From the human T2T-CHM13v2.0 reference genome, Homo sapiens: a stretch of 64,000 nt of DNA. The stretch lies in NCBI RefSeq assembly GCF_009914755.1, contig NC_060938.1; one strand, 5' to 3'. The translations under genes were made by a program, and so were the position numbers. Below the pieces are notes generated by a model. It worked only from the letters and a program-made list of their open reading frames with translations, searched no databases and had not been told where the DNA came from. This document shows, piece after piece, positions 14,384 through 34,907 of the stretch (positions are counted from its first letter, which is position 1; every line of letters starts with the position of its first letter).

Positions 14384-15169
14384 GTAAGATTGGTTCAATG
14401 TCTAGTACTTTTTAAAAAATTATCGGTGCTAATTGCCATCTAATTTGTCCCTTAAATACCCCAACTGTTATTTTATGTTTAATGCCATAAAGCTTCCTAT
14501 TCCTCAAATGAATGCAACTTAATGTAGTATTTCATGAAAAATTGTTGGGTTATCTTTGGTCGGAGATTATTTTTAAATGTTCTTAACAGCACAAACTAAA
14601 GGCTGTGCTTTTTTTTTGTACTTTTCTATTGATATAGTTGTACGAGGCTGTACTTTTTATTGAATATTCTTAATATTGACTAGAGTTTTTTTAAAAATAA
14701 TACAGTACAAAAATATTTTCATGTAATTGATATTGTGCAAATTTGTACCTTATAGCTAATACTGAAAATTTTAAAGTGAACACTTTGGCTTCCTTAAACT
14801 CTTGACACACCACATCTGATTAAGGACTGATGATTAATATAAAAGGGAAATGTTAAAGTAAAACTGAAAGTGGAAAAGCATGTTCATAAAGCAGTATTGC
14901 CATTAGTGTCATTTAACATAGATCAAGTCTTTGCCCTAGTGCCTTTTAGAATCACCTGGGCAGATTTTTGAAAGTCTTAACACTTACATAATAATGCCTA
15001 AGCAATTAGGTTGGGCCCAGGCATAGGTATTTCAGTGGTAGGACATCAGCAAATAATTAATGATCTTCATAATAAAATCCTTCTAGTTGTTTTTAGCTTC
15101 GCAGAGTCTTTTTACATACTTCATTTGATTTCTAGATTTGACCTGTAGTAGTTGAGGGGGGTACAGAGA

Positions 15170-15390
15170 CCATGAAGTAGGAACAGGAAGTACTGAATTT
15201 CAGTCCTGGCTCTGCCACTTAGCCGAATATCTGACCTTGAGCAAGGCACTTAACTTTGCTGGACCTTGGGTTTCTCATCTTTAAAATGGAGATAATTTCA
15301 TCTTCTTATGATGGATGTGAGTATTAATGAAATAATGCATATAAAAGGGCTTTGTAAACTGCACAGCACTGCACAGTTGTGCGATATTTT
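15170..15390 (+). mobile_element. MIR SINE
   Basis: Core sequence cctggctctgccacttagc...gaccttgagcaaggcacttaac...gtttctcatctttaaaatggagataat. Confidence 0.7.
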
Positions 15391-18300
15391 GATAAGAGCA
15401 GTGCTCTATATACATTTCTAATGTATTCCTCATGGTTATTTATATCCTGGTAATTTTGAAGCCCTGTCCCTGTTTTGTGTTTGGGAGGTGGGGAGGGAGA
15501 TAGACTTTCTCTGCACTAAAAATGTTATTTCAACAAGTGGTTCTTTGTGATCTGCAACCCATAATGGGCCTTAAGGCTTCTCAAGGTGGGCATGAAACAT
15601 CTAAAAATTCCAGTCCTTTGTCCTGAAGAGTAAATTTTATCTATTTCCTTAAACTTCCATATCTTCAGCTATCTAAGGATTTGGTACTAATAAATACATT
15701 AGAGTTTAATACAATGTGGTATTCAGAACTAAAATTAACATACAAGGATGTTTAATGAGGACTCTAATTGAGTATTCTATGATGTTACATACCTTCCACT
15801 ATTCATGTGTACCTGGATATAATTGTAATCCTAACAGTTTTCCCGGAAAAATTTTTACCATGGTGTTGTATCAAGTTGGCTGCAGTTTTTCCTTCTTGTT
15901 TGCTTGCTTCCTTTAGTCATTTTTTATTTTATTTTATTTTTTTGGTAATGATTTTTCATTGCTGCTCTTCGTTTATTATTTGTCACATCATTATCAGTTT
16001 AGTGCATGGTAGTTTGGTTAGCCCATTAGTGTGATTATGCATATTTGCATCTGAATTAATTTTGACTTATAATAATAATTAAAACTTTAAGATTTGTTTT
16101 TGGTATTATTCAAGTATGAACCATTCACTGAAGACTTATTCTAAAGCCAGCTCTATCCCAAGTTAAATAACTTGATAAGTATAATATTTTCAGTTTATAG
16201 GCCATTGTTTAAAATTGTGTATATAACTTCATATGCTTATGAAGTAAATTAGAAGCATTTTACATACATTTGTTTCCAATTCTTTTTCACCAAGTATCTT
16301 ATCCCCAGCCCCCCCATCTTCCCCCACCCCCAGCAATTTTGCAACAATGTAGAATGTACCAGGCAACTTTGTCAGCCCCCTTTGCAGTCATTCTTGCATC
16401 CTTTTTTCTTCTCAGCACCATTCATAGTTGTATCACACTTGCTTCAGGAACAGCTCTCTTAGATAGTGATTTAAAGCTGTGGAGCATGCCCTAGCAGCTA
16501 ACATTCATCATAAGGAACATTCTGCCATCAGCAGTGTGCAATCTCTTTTTTACCACCACTACCGAAAAAGGTGGACTGGCTCATTCAGGCAGTATTTTAA
16601 CAGTGAACACACGTGTTAAAATATCGGTTTCATGATATTCAGGCTTGCATACTGGGTCATGAACATTTACTAAATGCACATATAAGTAAACCTGAGTTGA
16701 CTATGTTTGCAAATTGATATTATTTTCACAGATGAGTCTCTTCATTTTTCCTTTGTATTTTTGCAGCCATTGAATTAATAAACGTTAGATTCTGGTGAGA
16801 GATTTATTTTTCTCCATTGTTTTTTAAGAGATGGGTCTTGCTCTGTTGTCCAGGCTGGACTCGAACTCCTGGGCTTAAGCAGTCCTTCCACTTTAGCCTC
16901 CCAAGTAGCTGGGACTACAAATGCACACCACAGCATCTGGCTATATACCTTCCAATGTCTCACTAGTATATCTGGAATACTATTCTATTCTTACGCATCT
17001 TTTAGGTCAATTTTTTGTTTGTTCGTTTGTTTTTGTTTTTGTTTTTTTGAGATGGAGTCTCGCTCTGTTGCCCAGGCTGGAGTGCAGTAGTGGGATCTGA
17101 GTTCACTGCAGTCTCCCTCTGCCTCTTGGGTTCAAGCAATTCTTCTCCCTCAGCCTCCCAAGTGGCTAGGACTACAGGTGTACGCCACCACACCTGGCTA
17201 ATGTTTGTATTTTTAGTACAGATGGGGGATTTGCCATGTTAGCCAGGCTGGTCTGGTCTCAAACTCCTGACCTCAGGTGATCCACCTGCCTCAGCCTCCA
17301 CTTGCTGGGATTACACGTGTGAGCCACCATGCCCAGGCCAAGGTGTGTGGATCACTTGAGGTCAGGAGTTCGAGACCAGCCTGGTCAACATGGTGAAACC
17401 GCGTCTCTACTAAAAATACAAAAATTAGCTGGGCGTGGTGGCACATGCTTATAATCCCAGCTTCTCAGGAGGCTGAGGCAGGAGAATTGCTTGAACCCAG
17501 GAGGTGACAGAACAAGACTTTGTCTCAAAAAAAAACAAGAAATTTGTAACATGTAATGAAATAATTGATTTTTTGTAATGTATTTATGATAGCTGGTTAG
17601 TTAGCCAACCTTGAGCACATTCAGGGATGGAGACACACTCCTTCCCGTAGCATCTTGTTCCAGTGTTCAGTGGCTTTGCTATTAGAGCCTTTTCCCCTTA
17701 CTTCAGACTAGCATCTGTCTTCTAGAAACTTCTACAACACTGTTTACCATTTGTCATATGGAGTTATAGTTACTCCAAACATAACCAGCCCTTAGAAGTT
17801 GCTATTTTGGGTCTTGTTGATTTTCTCTTATGCAGAGTAAATCCCCTCAGCCTCCTTGGGTACTCCCACAGGAGTTTCGCTGAACAGAAGCCTACTTTAT
17901 TCCATACTTGGAATTGTTCCCCCCCCCCCACCTGAATTTGTTTGATTCCTGCTAAAATTCATTTAATTGATTTTCTGCCTTAATTCCAGTCTTTTGGGGG
18001 ATTTTGGAATAATGGGTCATTTGTATTAGCTGCTATGTAAATTAGATATGGATGTCTCCATCCAATTAAAATATTAAACAAGACAAGAACAAGACTTTTC
18101 AATGGAGAATTCATCCAAGTTGATACTGCTGACCCAGTAGTAAAGCATTTTTTGAGTAAGATTTAACCACCATTCTTAAATCTAGACTGAGTAGGACAGA
18201 AAGGGAAATCCCTGTGTTTTTAAATTTTAATGAGATTTACAGAGGAAGAAAAAAAGGAACATTAAACACAAATATATGCAAAATACCCAGTAGGATTTAT

Positions 18301-18429
18301 TAAAGCATTATTGACTATGGATTTCATCAGGGTCTTTGTGGGGAAATCCTGCTTATACCCACCTCAATCTTCCTCCCTCCCTTCCTTCCACTGGCCTTAT
18401 CGTGATTGTAAAATAGGGCAACACTACAT

Positions 18430-20720
<2,291 letters not shown>

Positions 20721-21291
20721 GAATAATCTTATCAGGTCATTTCTGGAAGTCAATTCTGTGAATTAATATTTTAGCAGCGTTTTTTGCTTCTAATTTCAAA
20801 TTGGAAGGTATAGGGTTATTCATTGTGCCCCTCAAGCCTGGTCCACTCCGATACCCCTCAAGCACCAGACACCTACCCAGGAAGAGGGAGGCTGTTTTCT
20901 TTTTAAAGCTAGTATTTGCTTTGGAGCCACTGTTAGTGCTTAGAGCTCTGTAGCAGTAGCAGTAGTGGCCTTTTTTGGCGTCCTAGGGAATCTTGGTCAT
21001 GGGATGTAGCAGGGAAACTTATAATTTGAAAGCAAGGAGAACCAGTTCATGCTTTTCATGTGGTCTGTCGTGTAATGACTTTTACTGCTGCCACCACTGG
21101 GTTATTTTGGGCACTGTTGATTTAGTTTTCTTAAGCCAGTACTTTTCAACCCTTCTTGTGCATTAGAAACATTTGTGGAGTTTGAAAAAAGCATATTTCC
21201 TTCACAGTACTTTCCTCCCTAGAGGTCCTATCTTGGCGGGTCTAGAAATGTGGTGATCTCAGTACACACCCCAGATGAGAATGGCTCCTAG

Positions 21292-21558
<267 letters not shown>

Positions 21559-21830
21559 TAGCCAGGATGGTCTCAATCTCCTGACCTCATGATCTGCCCG
21601 CCTTGGCCTCCCAAAGTGCTGGGATTACAGGCGTGAGCCACCACGCCCGGCCTATTTATTTTTTATTGATTGAGTGATTGATTGATGGGGTCTTGTCCTG
21701 TTGCCCAGGATGGAAGGTAGCAGCAAGACCAGAGCTCACTGCAGCCTGGAATTCCTGGGCTCAAGTATCTTTCCACCTCAGCCTCCTGAGGTAGCTGGGA
21801 CTATAGGCGCGCACCACCACACCCAACTAA

Positions 21831-22136
<306 letters not shown>

Positions 22137-22874
22137 TAACCTATTTTAAAGATGACCCCTTCCCCAAATATTCTAAGTTTCATAGACAGCTGCTACTGCC
22201 ACTGCCACTGCTGAATATTTTCTCCCTCTCTGGAACTCTTCCTAGGAATGCCTTAGTACCCAGTTCCTGGCCTCCTTTCTCTATTGGGTGAAGCACAAGT
22301 TATTTTGGAAATCCTTTTCATTGAACAACTCTTTTCATCTTTTTCTTTTCTTTCTTTTTTTTTTTTTTCCAACTATCTTTCTCTTTCATTTTCTTATATT
22401 GACTTTTCAGGCCATTAACAAAAGTAGTAACCACTGTAAAAATAGTTGTTACAGTCTTGTCTGTTATTTAAAATCCAGTGTCTGCATTCACATCAGTGTC
22501 ATAAATCTGATAAATTAATACAAATAGGAGATGGCAAATGAAATCCAAGACAGGCACTTCTTATATTGATTGATTGAGGCTGGGTCTTACTTTGTAGCCC
22601 AAGCTGAAGTGCAGTGTCATGATCATAGCTCACTGTAGCCTGGAACTTCTGGGCTTAAGCAATCCTCCCGTCTTGGCCTCCCAAAGCCTTGGGATTATAG
22701 GCATGAGTCACCACCCCCAGCCTGATTATACATATTTAAAATATTGAGAATAGACTGGGCACGGTGGCTCACTCCTGTAATCCCAGCACTTTGGGAGGCC
22801 CAGCTGGGTGGGATCACCTGAGGTCTGGAATTCGAGACTAGCCTGACGAACATGGTGAAACCCCGTCTCTACTA

Positions 22875-23078
<204 letters not shown>

Positions 23079-23214
23079 TTATTTTTAGATTTCAAAAGAG
23101 AAGAAATAGAAAAACCGGCTTTCAGTATTGTTGCTTCTTTATTCCTTATAAACTTTTAAATTTCTTGCCAGACTTATTTTTGTTTTGGCAATAAATAATA
23201 CGGGTTGATATTTA

Positions 23215-23370
<156 letters not shown>

Positions 23371-23964
23371 TTAGAGTGTATTTTAGAGATTGATTGTTTG
23401 TTTTTAGAATTGAGGTCTCACTATCTTGCCCAAGCTGGTCTCAGACTCCTGGGTTCAAGCATCCTCCTTCCGAGGATTCCAATCTGCCTTCCAAGGAGCT
23501 GGGATTACAGGCACACACCACCATACCCAGCTAAAGTATATTTTTCATTGTACCAAGGACTCATTATGCTATTTTAGAAAAGTCACCAAGGAACCAAGTA
23601 TTTTAAGTGGGTTAAACTTAGAGCATAGCCTGGACCCATTTGCAGAAAATATAAACTTGGGTGCAAATTAGGCCTTTGTGAGAGAATTATAACAGTAACA
23701 TCAGCCAGAATCACAAACACATGTCAGGAGTTTATTGTGTGCCAGGTGCTGTTCCATGCACTCTGTATGTCAAGCCATCCTTTCATTGTAGAGGTGACAG
23801 GGTCAGGGAGGTCAAGTTACCTAGACTTAGTGAGTGGTACAGCTGGGTTGGGATTAGGTAGTATAGCTCCTGGAATCAAATTCTACACACACTTTATCTT
23901 ATAGCATTGCATGTACTTTTCACAACAGTCCTGTGAAGCAGTTGTTTTCTTTTTTTTTCTTTGA

Positions 23965-24251
<287 letters not shown>

Positions 24252-24818
24252 TAGCTGTTTTCAAAATCTATCTTATAGGTAAGTAGGTTAAAGCTCTCAA
24301 GATTTTGTGGTTTGTTCACTCATCCAGTGAATAAGGGACTGAACTAGCCTTAGAACCTAAATTTATAACATCAAATAGCTTTCTTTGCATAAGTTCCCTT
24401 GGAGCCAGTCACTCATAGTACTTTCCATATGGGAAGGATAACAAAGGAACATATGGAAATTCAGCTTGCATGTGGTAGATACCTAGTAAAATCTGATAAG
24501 TTAATTTTGTTAGTACCAAATTCATTTTAACACTAAATTAATTTTTCCTGATGTTGCTCTGATTCTAGGAATCTTGACCACCAGAACCTTGAGTTTGGGA
24601 GATGGGAAGATTCTTAGTTTGTCTTTGAAATATTTGATCATAAAAAACACATTATTGGCCAGGCATGGTGGCTCAAGCCTGTAATCCCAGCACTTTGGGT
24701 GACCAAGGCAGGCAGATTGCTGAGCTCAGGAGTTCAAGACCAGCCTGGGCAACATGGCAAAACCCTGTCTCTACATACAGAAATTAGCCAGATGTGGTGG
24801 TGCGCACCTGTAGTCCTA

Positions 24819-24935
<117 letters not shown>

Positions 24936-25029
24936 TTAAAAAAAAAAAAAAGCACACACATTGTTGCTACTCTTATTTTACATTTTTAGAAAACTGATTT
25001 GTTGTATTACTCAGCTAAAGCTAAGCAAT

Positions 25030-27800
<2,771 letters not shown>

Positions 27801-27859
27801 GAAAAGCAATTATTTTTATTTTATTTTCATATTTTTAAATTTTATTTTTAATGATAGGA

Positions 27860-29400
27860 CACCAAATGATAACCAGAACCCCAAAATACATAGGTGAAAA
27901 TCTGAGCTAAATTAATAGAAACACAGGCATGACAGAGAAGACTTTATCACTTAACTCTCTTAGGCCATTCATTAATTACACAGTAAGTAGGGGGAAAAGG
28001 TACATATCTTAATATACAGCACCTCCATGGCCAGGTGCGGTGGCTCACACCTGTAATCCCAGCACTTTGGGAGGCTGAGGTGGGCGGATCATGAGGTCAG
28101 GAGATTGAGACCATCCTGGTGAACATGGTGAAGCCCCGTCTCTACTAAAAAATACAAAAAAATTAGCTGGGCGTGGTGGCGGGTGCCTGTAGTCCTAGCT
28201 ACTGGGGAGGCTGAGGCAGGAGAATGGTGTGAACCCGGGGGGCGGAGCTTGCAGTGAGCGGACATCGTGCCACTGCAGTTCAGCCTGGGTGACAGAGTGA
28301 GACTCCGTCTCAAAAAAAAAAAAAATAACAGCACTTCCATTAGCCCATAGTATAGCTGTTTTAATCCCCTTTTCAGGATACATAACAGCTGTGTGCTAGG
28401 ATATTATCGTCATAACTATTCCAATGTGTGATGACTATGAGGTATATTATTTTCTCAGAGTTGGGCAATAATACATAACATTTGAATAAGCCAGACTAAC
28501 ATCTTTCTAGGCTATAGTTCTAATGTAGAGCAATAAAAATAGAACCAAACAAAATATACAAACATGTGGAACCTAAAACACACAGAATTCTTGGATCAAA
28601 GAAAAATTGCAAACAAAAATTACAGTATATCTAGGAATTAATGATAATAAGCTGTGTGTCAGAACCTATGTAATACTGCTTTTTGGTGCTCCGGGAAATT
28701 TGTAGCCTTAAACACATTATTAAACAAGAATGACAAGGAATGCATTAAACATTAAACTAATAGTTTAGAAAAGGGAACAAAATAAATCTCAGGAATAAAT
28801 AATAATGTAAGAAGTCAGTAAAGCTAAAGGCAGAAAATAATGAATTTGAAAACAGTAGAAATGGTAAATCCAAAACTTTGGTGGGTGTCCCCCCCCCCCC
28901 CACCGACAAGGAAGTGAGAAGAGAGGCAATGAAATAGATAAGCTACTAAGTGCTGCCAGGGGGAAGGGAGAGAAAACACAGAAAAATGAGGGGGAAATAC
29001 CAGATACTGAAGAATTTAAATTATTATAAAGGAACCTTTTCTGCAACTCTGAAAAATGTTAGAATATCCAAAGAAATTGATAATTTTCTAGGAAAACATG
29101 ACTTACCAAAATTAACTCTAGAAAAGAATCGATACACATCAGTAACAACAGAAGTTGAGAAAGTAGTTAACATATTGCCAAACCTGGAATTCATGATTGA
29201 ATTCTTTGAGATCTACTGTGAGTACATACTCTGCCTCTGTTCAGCTGTTCCAGAACTTAAGAAGAGGAACTTCCAAATTCTTTTCTCAAATTCAGAAACA
29301 ATGCTATTGAAATATATTGGAAACAGGAACGAAAACTACAGTTCAGTTTCACTTATAATATCCATTCTAAAATTGGGAATTAAAAATACTAGCATATAGG
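27860..29400 (+). mobile_element. Ancient L1 (L1M) ORF2 remnant, interrupted by an AluY at ~28029-28325
   Basis: A-rich sense sequence. ORF 28950..29399 contains KEIDNFLGKHDLPKLT, resembling L1 ORF2 EMDKFLxxYNLPRL. Confidence 0.65.
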
Positions 29401-32326
29401 ACTAAATACTGGTACATTTATCTTTGTTTCCCCAAAGATTCACTAAATGATGGTAACGGAATTAAAAAGGAGGGGAAAAGAGTCCAGGAATTGAGTACTG
29501 AGGCATTCTCAGGAAGAGCACCAAGAGAGGGAGGAGATACCCAGCGGTCACAGTGGAAGTCGTCTTTGAGACTTAGAGCGTTTGAGGAAGGGGTCGTCTT
29601 TAAAATAGGTTACCTACCTAGCACTTGGGAGACCAGACCAGCCTGTGGCAACCAGTGACATCAGTTCCTTTGAGTCTTTCCAGAGATACTCTGTATATTA
29701 AGAAGCAAATTTTTTTTTCCTTTTTTACACAAATGCATTTTCTTGAAAATTCCTTCTCATGAACTTTGCCAGCCTCTCTGTCTTGGTTTGTCTGAGAGGG
29801 CCTTTGATGCACTCTTCCATTTAGGTGCTGTGGTAGTTGAGGCAAAGGGACAGTTTCTGTAGAGTGATGAGGGAGTGACTTAGGTGGCCTGGTCTTCTGT
29901 CCCTTATCTGTGTATCTGGAGAAGGGAGCCTGAACACCTTCATTGTGATGGTTTAGATCAGTTTTATGTCTGTAACCCCCGTGTTCTCTTTTACATACTC
30001 ATTTTACTTTCGTATCGGTTGGTAAAATTGTCTTTTTTTTTTTTTTTTTTTTACTAGAGACTAAAATTCTCTCTCTCTTTTTTTTCTACTTGTCAAAAGG
30101 TAAAATTTTATTTTTCCAGTGGTAATACTTGACAACCCCCAGGTCTTGGCTATTGGGACATGTTTCTTTACTTCTCTGATACCGTAGATTTAGTGTCCTT
30201 GATATCCCCATTGCCAGGATTCCAAATCTTTGCCTTCAAAGGTATTTATTCTCCTCTTGTGTGCCAGTTCCATAGAGGATGTATAGATGTGAAAATGTGT
30301 GGAGGATATAGATTGATCAGTAAGGAGAGAATTCTTTCAATTTATACGTTTCCATGTAATTTGATTTCTTTTTTCCAACTAACATCTATTTAAGATTGAA
30401 AAGGGAATGTGGAGAAATAAGTTGTATTAAGATAGTAGAAATAGGCTGGGCGCGGTGGCTCACGCCTGTAATCCCAGCACTTTGGGAGGCCGAGGCGGGC
30501 GGATCACGAGGTCAGGAGATCGAGACCATCCTGGCTAACATGGTGAAACCCCGTCTCTACTAAAAATACAAAAATTAGCTGGACATGATGGCGGGCACCT
30601 GTAGTCCCAGCTACTAAGGAGGCTGAGGCAGGAGAATGGTGTGAACCTGGGAGGCGGAGCTTTCAGTGAGCCAAGATGGCGCCACTATACTCCAGCCTGG
30701 GCGACAGAGCGAGACTCCATTTCAAAAAAAAAAAGTAGAAATAAGGTGAGTTTCTCTTATTTAAATGGCCTTTTACAATTACAAAACTTTAAAATTTTTC
30801 TGGTATAGTCCTTATAGGGACTTTCCTTAAAGTTCACATTTGCCTTTCAGTACATTATTCCTATCCAAATTTAACTATCTTTGGTCATCAGATTCTGAGA
30901 TTATGAAGTCTCTGGCATTTTTATCTCACTTGTATGCAAATTGTCAACTTCGTAAAAAGCTCTGTGCCAGTACCCACCTGTTGCTCTGGACTTTTCTATA
31001 TCAGCAGCTTATAATTTGTTGATTTTTTTTTTTAGTTAAATTTCTAAGGTAGCAATGTGGAATCCTGAGATGAACGTAGACTTTGGAGTCAGGCAACCCA
31101 CAATGAGAATCCTGGCTCCAGCATATATTAGCTGAGTCTTTGGATGAGTTTCCTAACCTGTCTCAGTCGTCTGTCTCTGTATACTGGAGATGATCATACT
31201 CAGCTGATAGAGTTGTGAAAATTAAGCTTAGATAAGACTGTGAATGTGAAGCATCTGGCTCTATGCGTCAGACACAGCAGGCACTAGATAACTGTTAGCT
31301 TCCTGCTTCCTCCCTGTCCTGCTTGTTTAACTTAGCATAAAGCTTATTTACACATTTGCTGCCTGCCAGTATCTACCTAATACATAATTCCAATAGAGAG
31401 GTGAATACATAAAGTTATTTGGGCTAATATCCTGCCACTACCTCTCTTGGGATTCTTTGGCTGCTCTTTTTGCCTACGGAATTAAATTTTTACTAGTCTT
31501 CTATCTGGTCCCATTTACCTGTCCTTTTTGTTTTCACATTGCATCCCTGGTATGACCTCTGCTGTAACTCAGGAGTTCTCGCATTTTAATATGGTGTCTG
31601 CAGAATATTAGTTATCCACTGCTGCCTAACAAATTCCTCCAGAACTTAGCAACTTAAAGCCAAATCTTTTGAATTCCTGTAATAGTCCATCTTTTTCCTG
31701 CTTTTTGGCTCTAATTCACTTTGTTTCATTTCTGCTGTACTGTTAGTAGAGACTTAAAAATGATTGCCTTCATTTGACCTGCTCCCCTGTCATCAGAACT
31801 GTGTTAACTCTGTAACAAGCATTGTGCTGCGGAGGATTTAAAAGCTATGTGGTCATTAGAATGCTGAGGCTGGCTCAGACCGCAGTTGTTGGTAGTTAGT
31901 GCTTTCATGCAGGCATTTATCAAACAAATGCATTTCAGTTGTGTGCCAGCCTTGGTTTCAGGTATACAGTAGTGAAAGGAGACAGGCATGCTCCCTGTGG
32001 GTGACACAAGGATAACAAACAGGTGCACAAAAATGTGTCTTCATAGCTTGAAAGACATCCCAGGAAAGAAGTGAACAGATGGGCTATGATGTAAAACAAG
32101 GAGACCTACTTAGATACGTTTTCAGAGAATCTGCCTGAGACTTAAAGGATGAAAAGGGAGAAGACATTTAAAGGAATTTAGTATGTTCTGTGGCCAGGCG
32201 CGGTGGCTCACATCTGTAATCCCAGCACTTTGGAGGCCAAGGCAGACAAATCACCTGAGGTCAGGTGTTCGAGACCAGCCTGGCCAACGTGGCAAAACCC
32301 CGTCTCTGCTAAAAATACAAAAATTA

Positions 32327-32524
<198 letters not shown>

Positions 32525-33619
32525 CTAGAACGTACCTTTGAGGGGTATGCAGAAGTTGGCAGGTTGCAGGGATGCCATGGCCATGGTCAGGGTTTCATTC
32601 TCAGTGCTGTGTATCCTGAGCTATATTGATATGGCATCCAAAGTGGAGATTGTTGTCTTTTTTTTTTTTTTTTTTGAGTTGGAGTCTTGCTCTGTCACCC
32701 AGGCTGGAGTGCAGTGGCATGATCTCAGCTCACTGCAACCTCCAGGAGGTGTTGTAATTTAGCAGTTGGGAAGTAATTGGGAGATTTGAATTCTAGCTAC
32801 CAATTCAACTATAATGGATTGGAAAACAAGATTTCTGTGTTAGTTTAACAGAGGAGAGCTAAAAAAGAACTCAGGCCTGAATGGTTGTCAGGAATTTACT
32901 TGGGTGACTATCTTCTCATCTCAGAACATAAAATGTAGGAATTACCACAGTTGCAAAGGGAGATGTTTATGTTGGAGATAAAAATGCTCCTCCCTTCAAA
33001 AATGAGACAGTATTTTAGATAGGAAAGGTTATTTATCTGATTACATGTTTTAAAATTCTGAGCGTAAGGTTATATGTCAAATCCTGTCCATGGGCTGGGC
33101 ACAGTGGCCCACACCTGTGATCCTAGCACTTTGGAAGGCTGAGGGGGAGGATTGATTGAGCCCAGGAGGTCAAGGCTACAGTGAACTATGATCACACCAC
33201 TGCACTTCAACCTGGGCAGCAGAGCGAGACCCTGTCTCAAAAAATAAAAATAAATTAACAAAAAAATCTGGTCCATGTCCATCTCCTCTTAGCTGCTAAT
33301 TCAATTTTAGATTAGACACAGTGGACAAGGACAAGTATGGTGAGAGTCCTGTGATTTCTCACCAGCTTCCTTTCCACATAGGCCGCTGCTTCTCTTCTTC
33401 CAAGGTTTTTCCCCGCTTTTGCCTCCTGGAGGTTGTATCCTGGGTGTTAGGAGACTGGGTTCCGGACACATTCCCCACAGAAGGATAGCAGGACCTTAGA
33501 AGATCTTTTTCTTTCTTTTCCTGGTTTCCTCTTGTTTGCAAGAGGGTTGAATAGGATGGTCTCTAAAATCCTGTTGTTTTTCTGGGTTATATTAACCCAG
33601 GCCATAATGATAAGAACCT

Positions 33620-34348
33620 GCTCTGAATTCACAACATGTATTTATACAACAGCAATTTAATATTTCTTATTCTGTGGAATGGCTAGGAAGCTCTGCTGGT
33701 CTTGGTTGGATGGTTTTTTGTTTGTTTTTTTTTGAGACAGGGTCTCGCTTTGTCGCCCAGGCTGGAGTGCAGTGACGCCATCAGCTCTCTGCAACCTCCA
33801 CTTCCCAGGCTCAAGTGATTCTCTTGCTCAGCCTCCCGAGTAGCTGGGACTACAGACACATGCTACTGCACCCAGCTAATTTCTGTATTTTTAGTAGAGA
33901 TGGGGTTTCACCATGTTGCCCAGGCTGGTCTCGACCTCCTGAGCTCAAGTGATCCACCCACCTTGGTTTCCCAAAGTGCTGGGATTACAGGTGTGAGCCA
34001 CCGTGCTCGGCTGGTTTTTCTTAAGGTCTCACCTGGGTTCACTTGTGTGGCTGAATTCAGCTGGTGGTTTGGCAGGGGCTGGATGCAGTTACAACAGAGG
34101 ATCTGTCTCTTTAAATAACTACCCTTCATCCCCAAAGAGGCCAGACCAGCTCCTTCACAGTGCTCCAAGAGAGCAAGCCATGACGCCCAAGCATTTTATC
34201 CAGCCTCTGCTTGCTTCAGTTTGCTAAGGTCCCACTGGCCAAAGCAGATTACATGGCCAGGTCTAATGTCAATATGAAGGGGGCACTCCACAAAAGCGTG
34301 AACATGTAAGGCATGACTCATGAGGGTCACTAATGTAATAGTCACCAC
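33620..34348 (-). mobile_element. MLT1 (MaLR) LTR interrupted by an antisense Alu (~33715-34011)
   Basis: cagcctctgcttgcttcagtttgctaaggtcccactggccaaagcag...catggcc motif; ends in accaca. Confidence 0.55.
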
Positions 34349-34858
34349 AACCTCCATGCTAAGTTACCTATATTCTCCAGTGAGGATTTCTCAAGGTGGT
34401 TTTGTTCATAGTCTTCTAATAGAATTATTTGGAATTATCAGTTTAATATGCTTATGATGTATTTCACTGGAACCATACAGGTTTTGATTCGCAGAGTTGG
34501 GAGCCCTGGGTAGATACTGAATCAGACTAAGTTTAATCACAGAAATTATTCCTACGTAAGTCTGATCTTATGTTTTCAAGATAGCATTGTAAAATTCAGA
34601 GTATGTTACCATCCCCCTTTGAGACCTCTGCTGTTTTTAATAAATGGAAGCATTTGGGAATACTATTTGGTAATAGTTTATTAAAACTACTTCAGAGATA
34701 TTCTGGACTTTCATATTAGTCTTAGATATGGATTAATAAACATTAGCAATGAATCTGTTATCTAAGAGAAAAATTTAAATTTATATTACAACAGTGGAAT
34801 ATAATGTTTAATAACTTGTGTTGGGGGGATTATGTGTTTTGTTTGTTTTTTTTTTTAG

Positions 34859-34907
34859 CTCTTCAGAGAAGTAAGAATAATGAAGATTTTAAATCATCCC
34901 AATATAG
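34859..34907 (+). CDS. MARK3: MARK3 coding exon 4 (49 nt, LFREVRIMKILNHPNI+G; alphaC helix)
   Basis: Poly-T tract, ttag|CTCTTC...AATATAG|gtactt. Continues the exon 3 frame. Confidence 0.97.

Noticed and set aside
28950-29399. Longest non-Alu ORF (149 aa), with an internal donor-like act|gtgagt at 29217
   Set aside because: It resembles a decayed L1 ORF2 segment and starts at TTG-type/near-cognate context. There is no convincing polypyrimidine acceptor upstream, so I cannot support it as a gene or exon.
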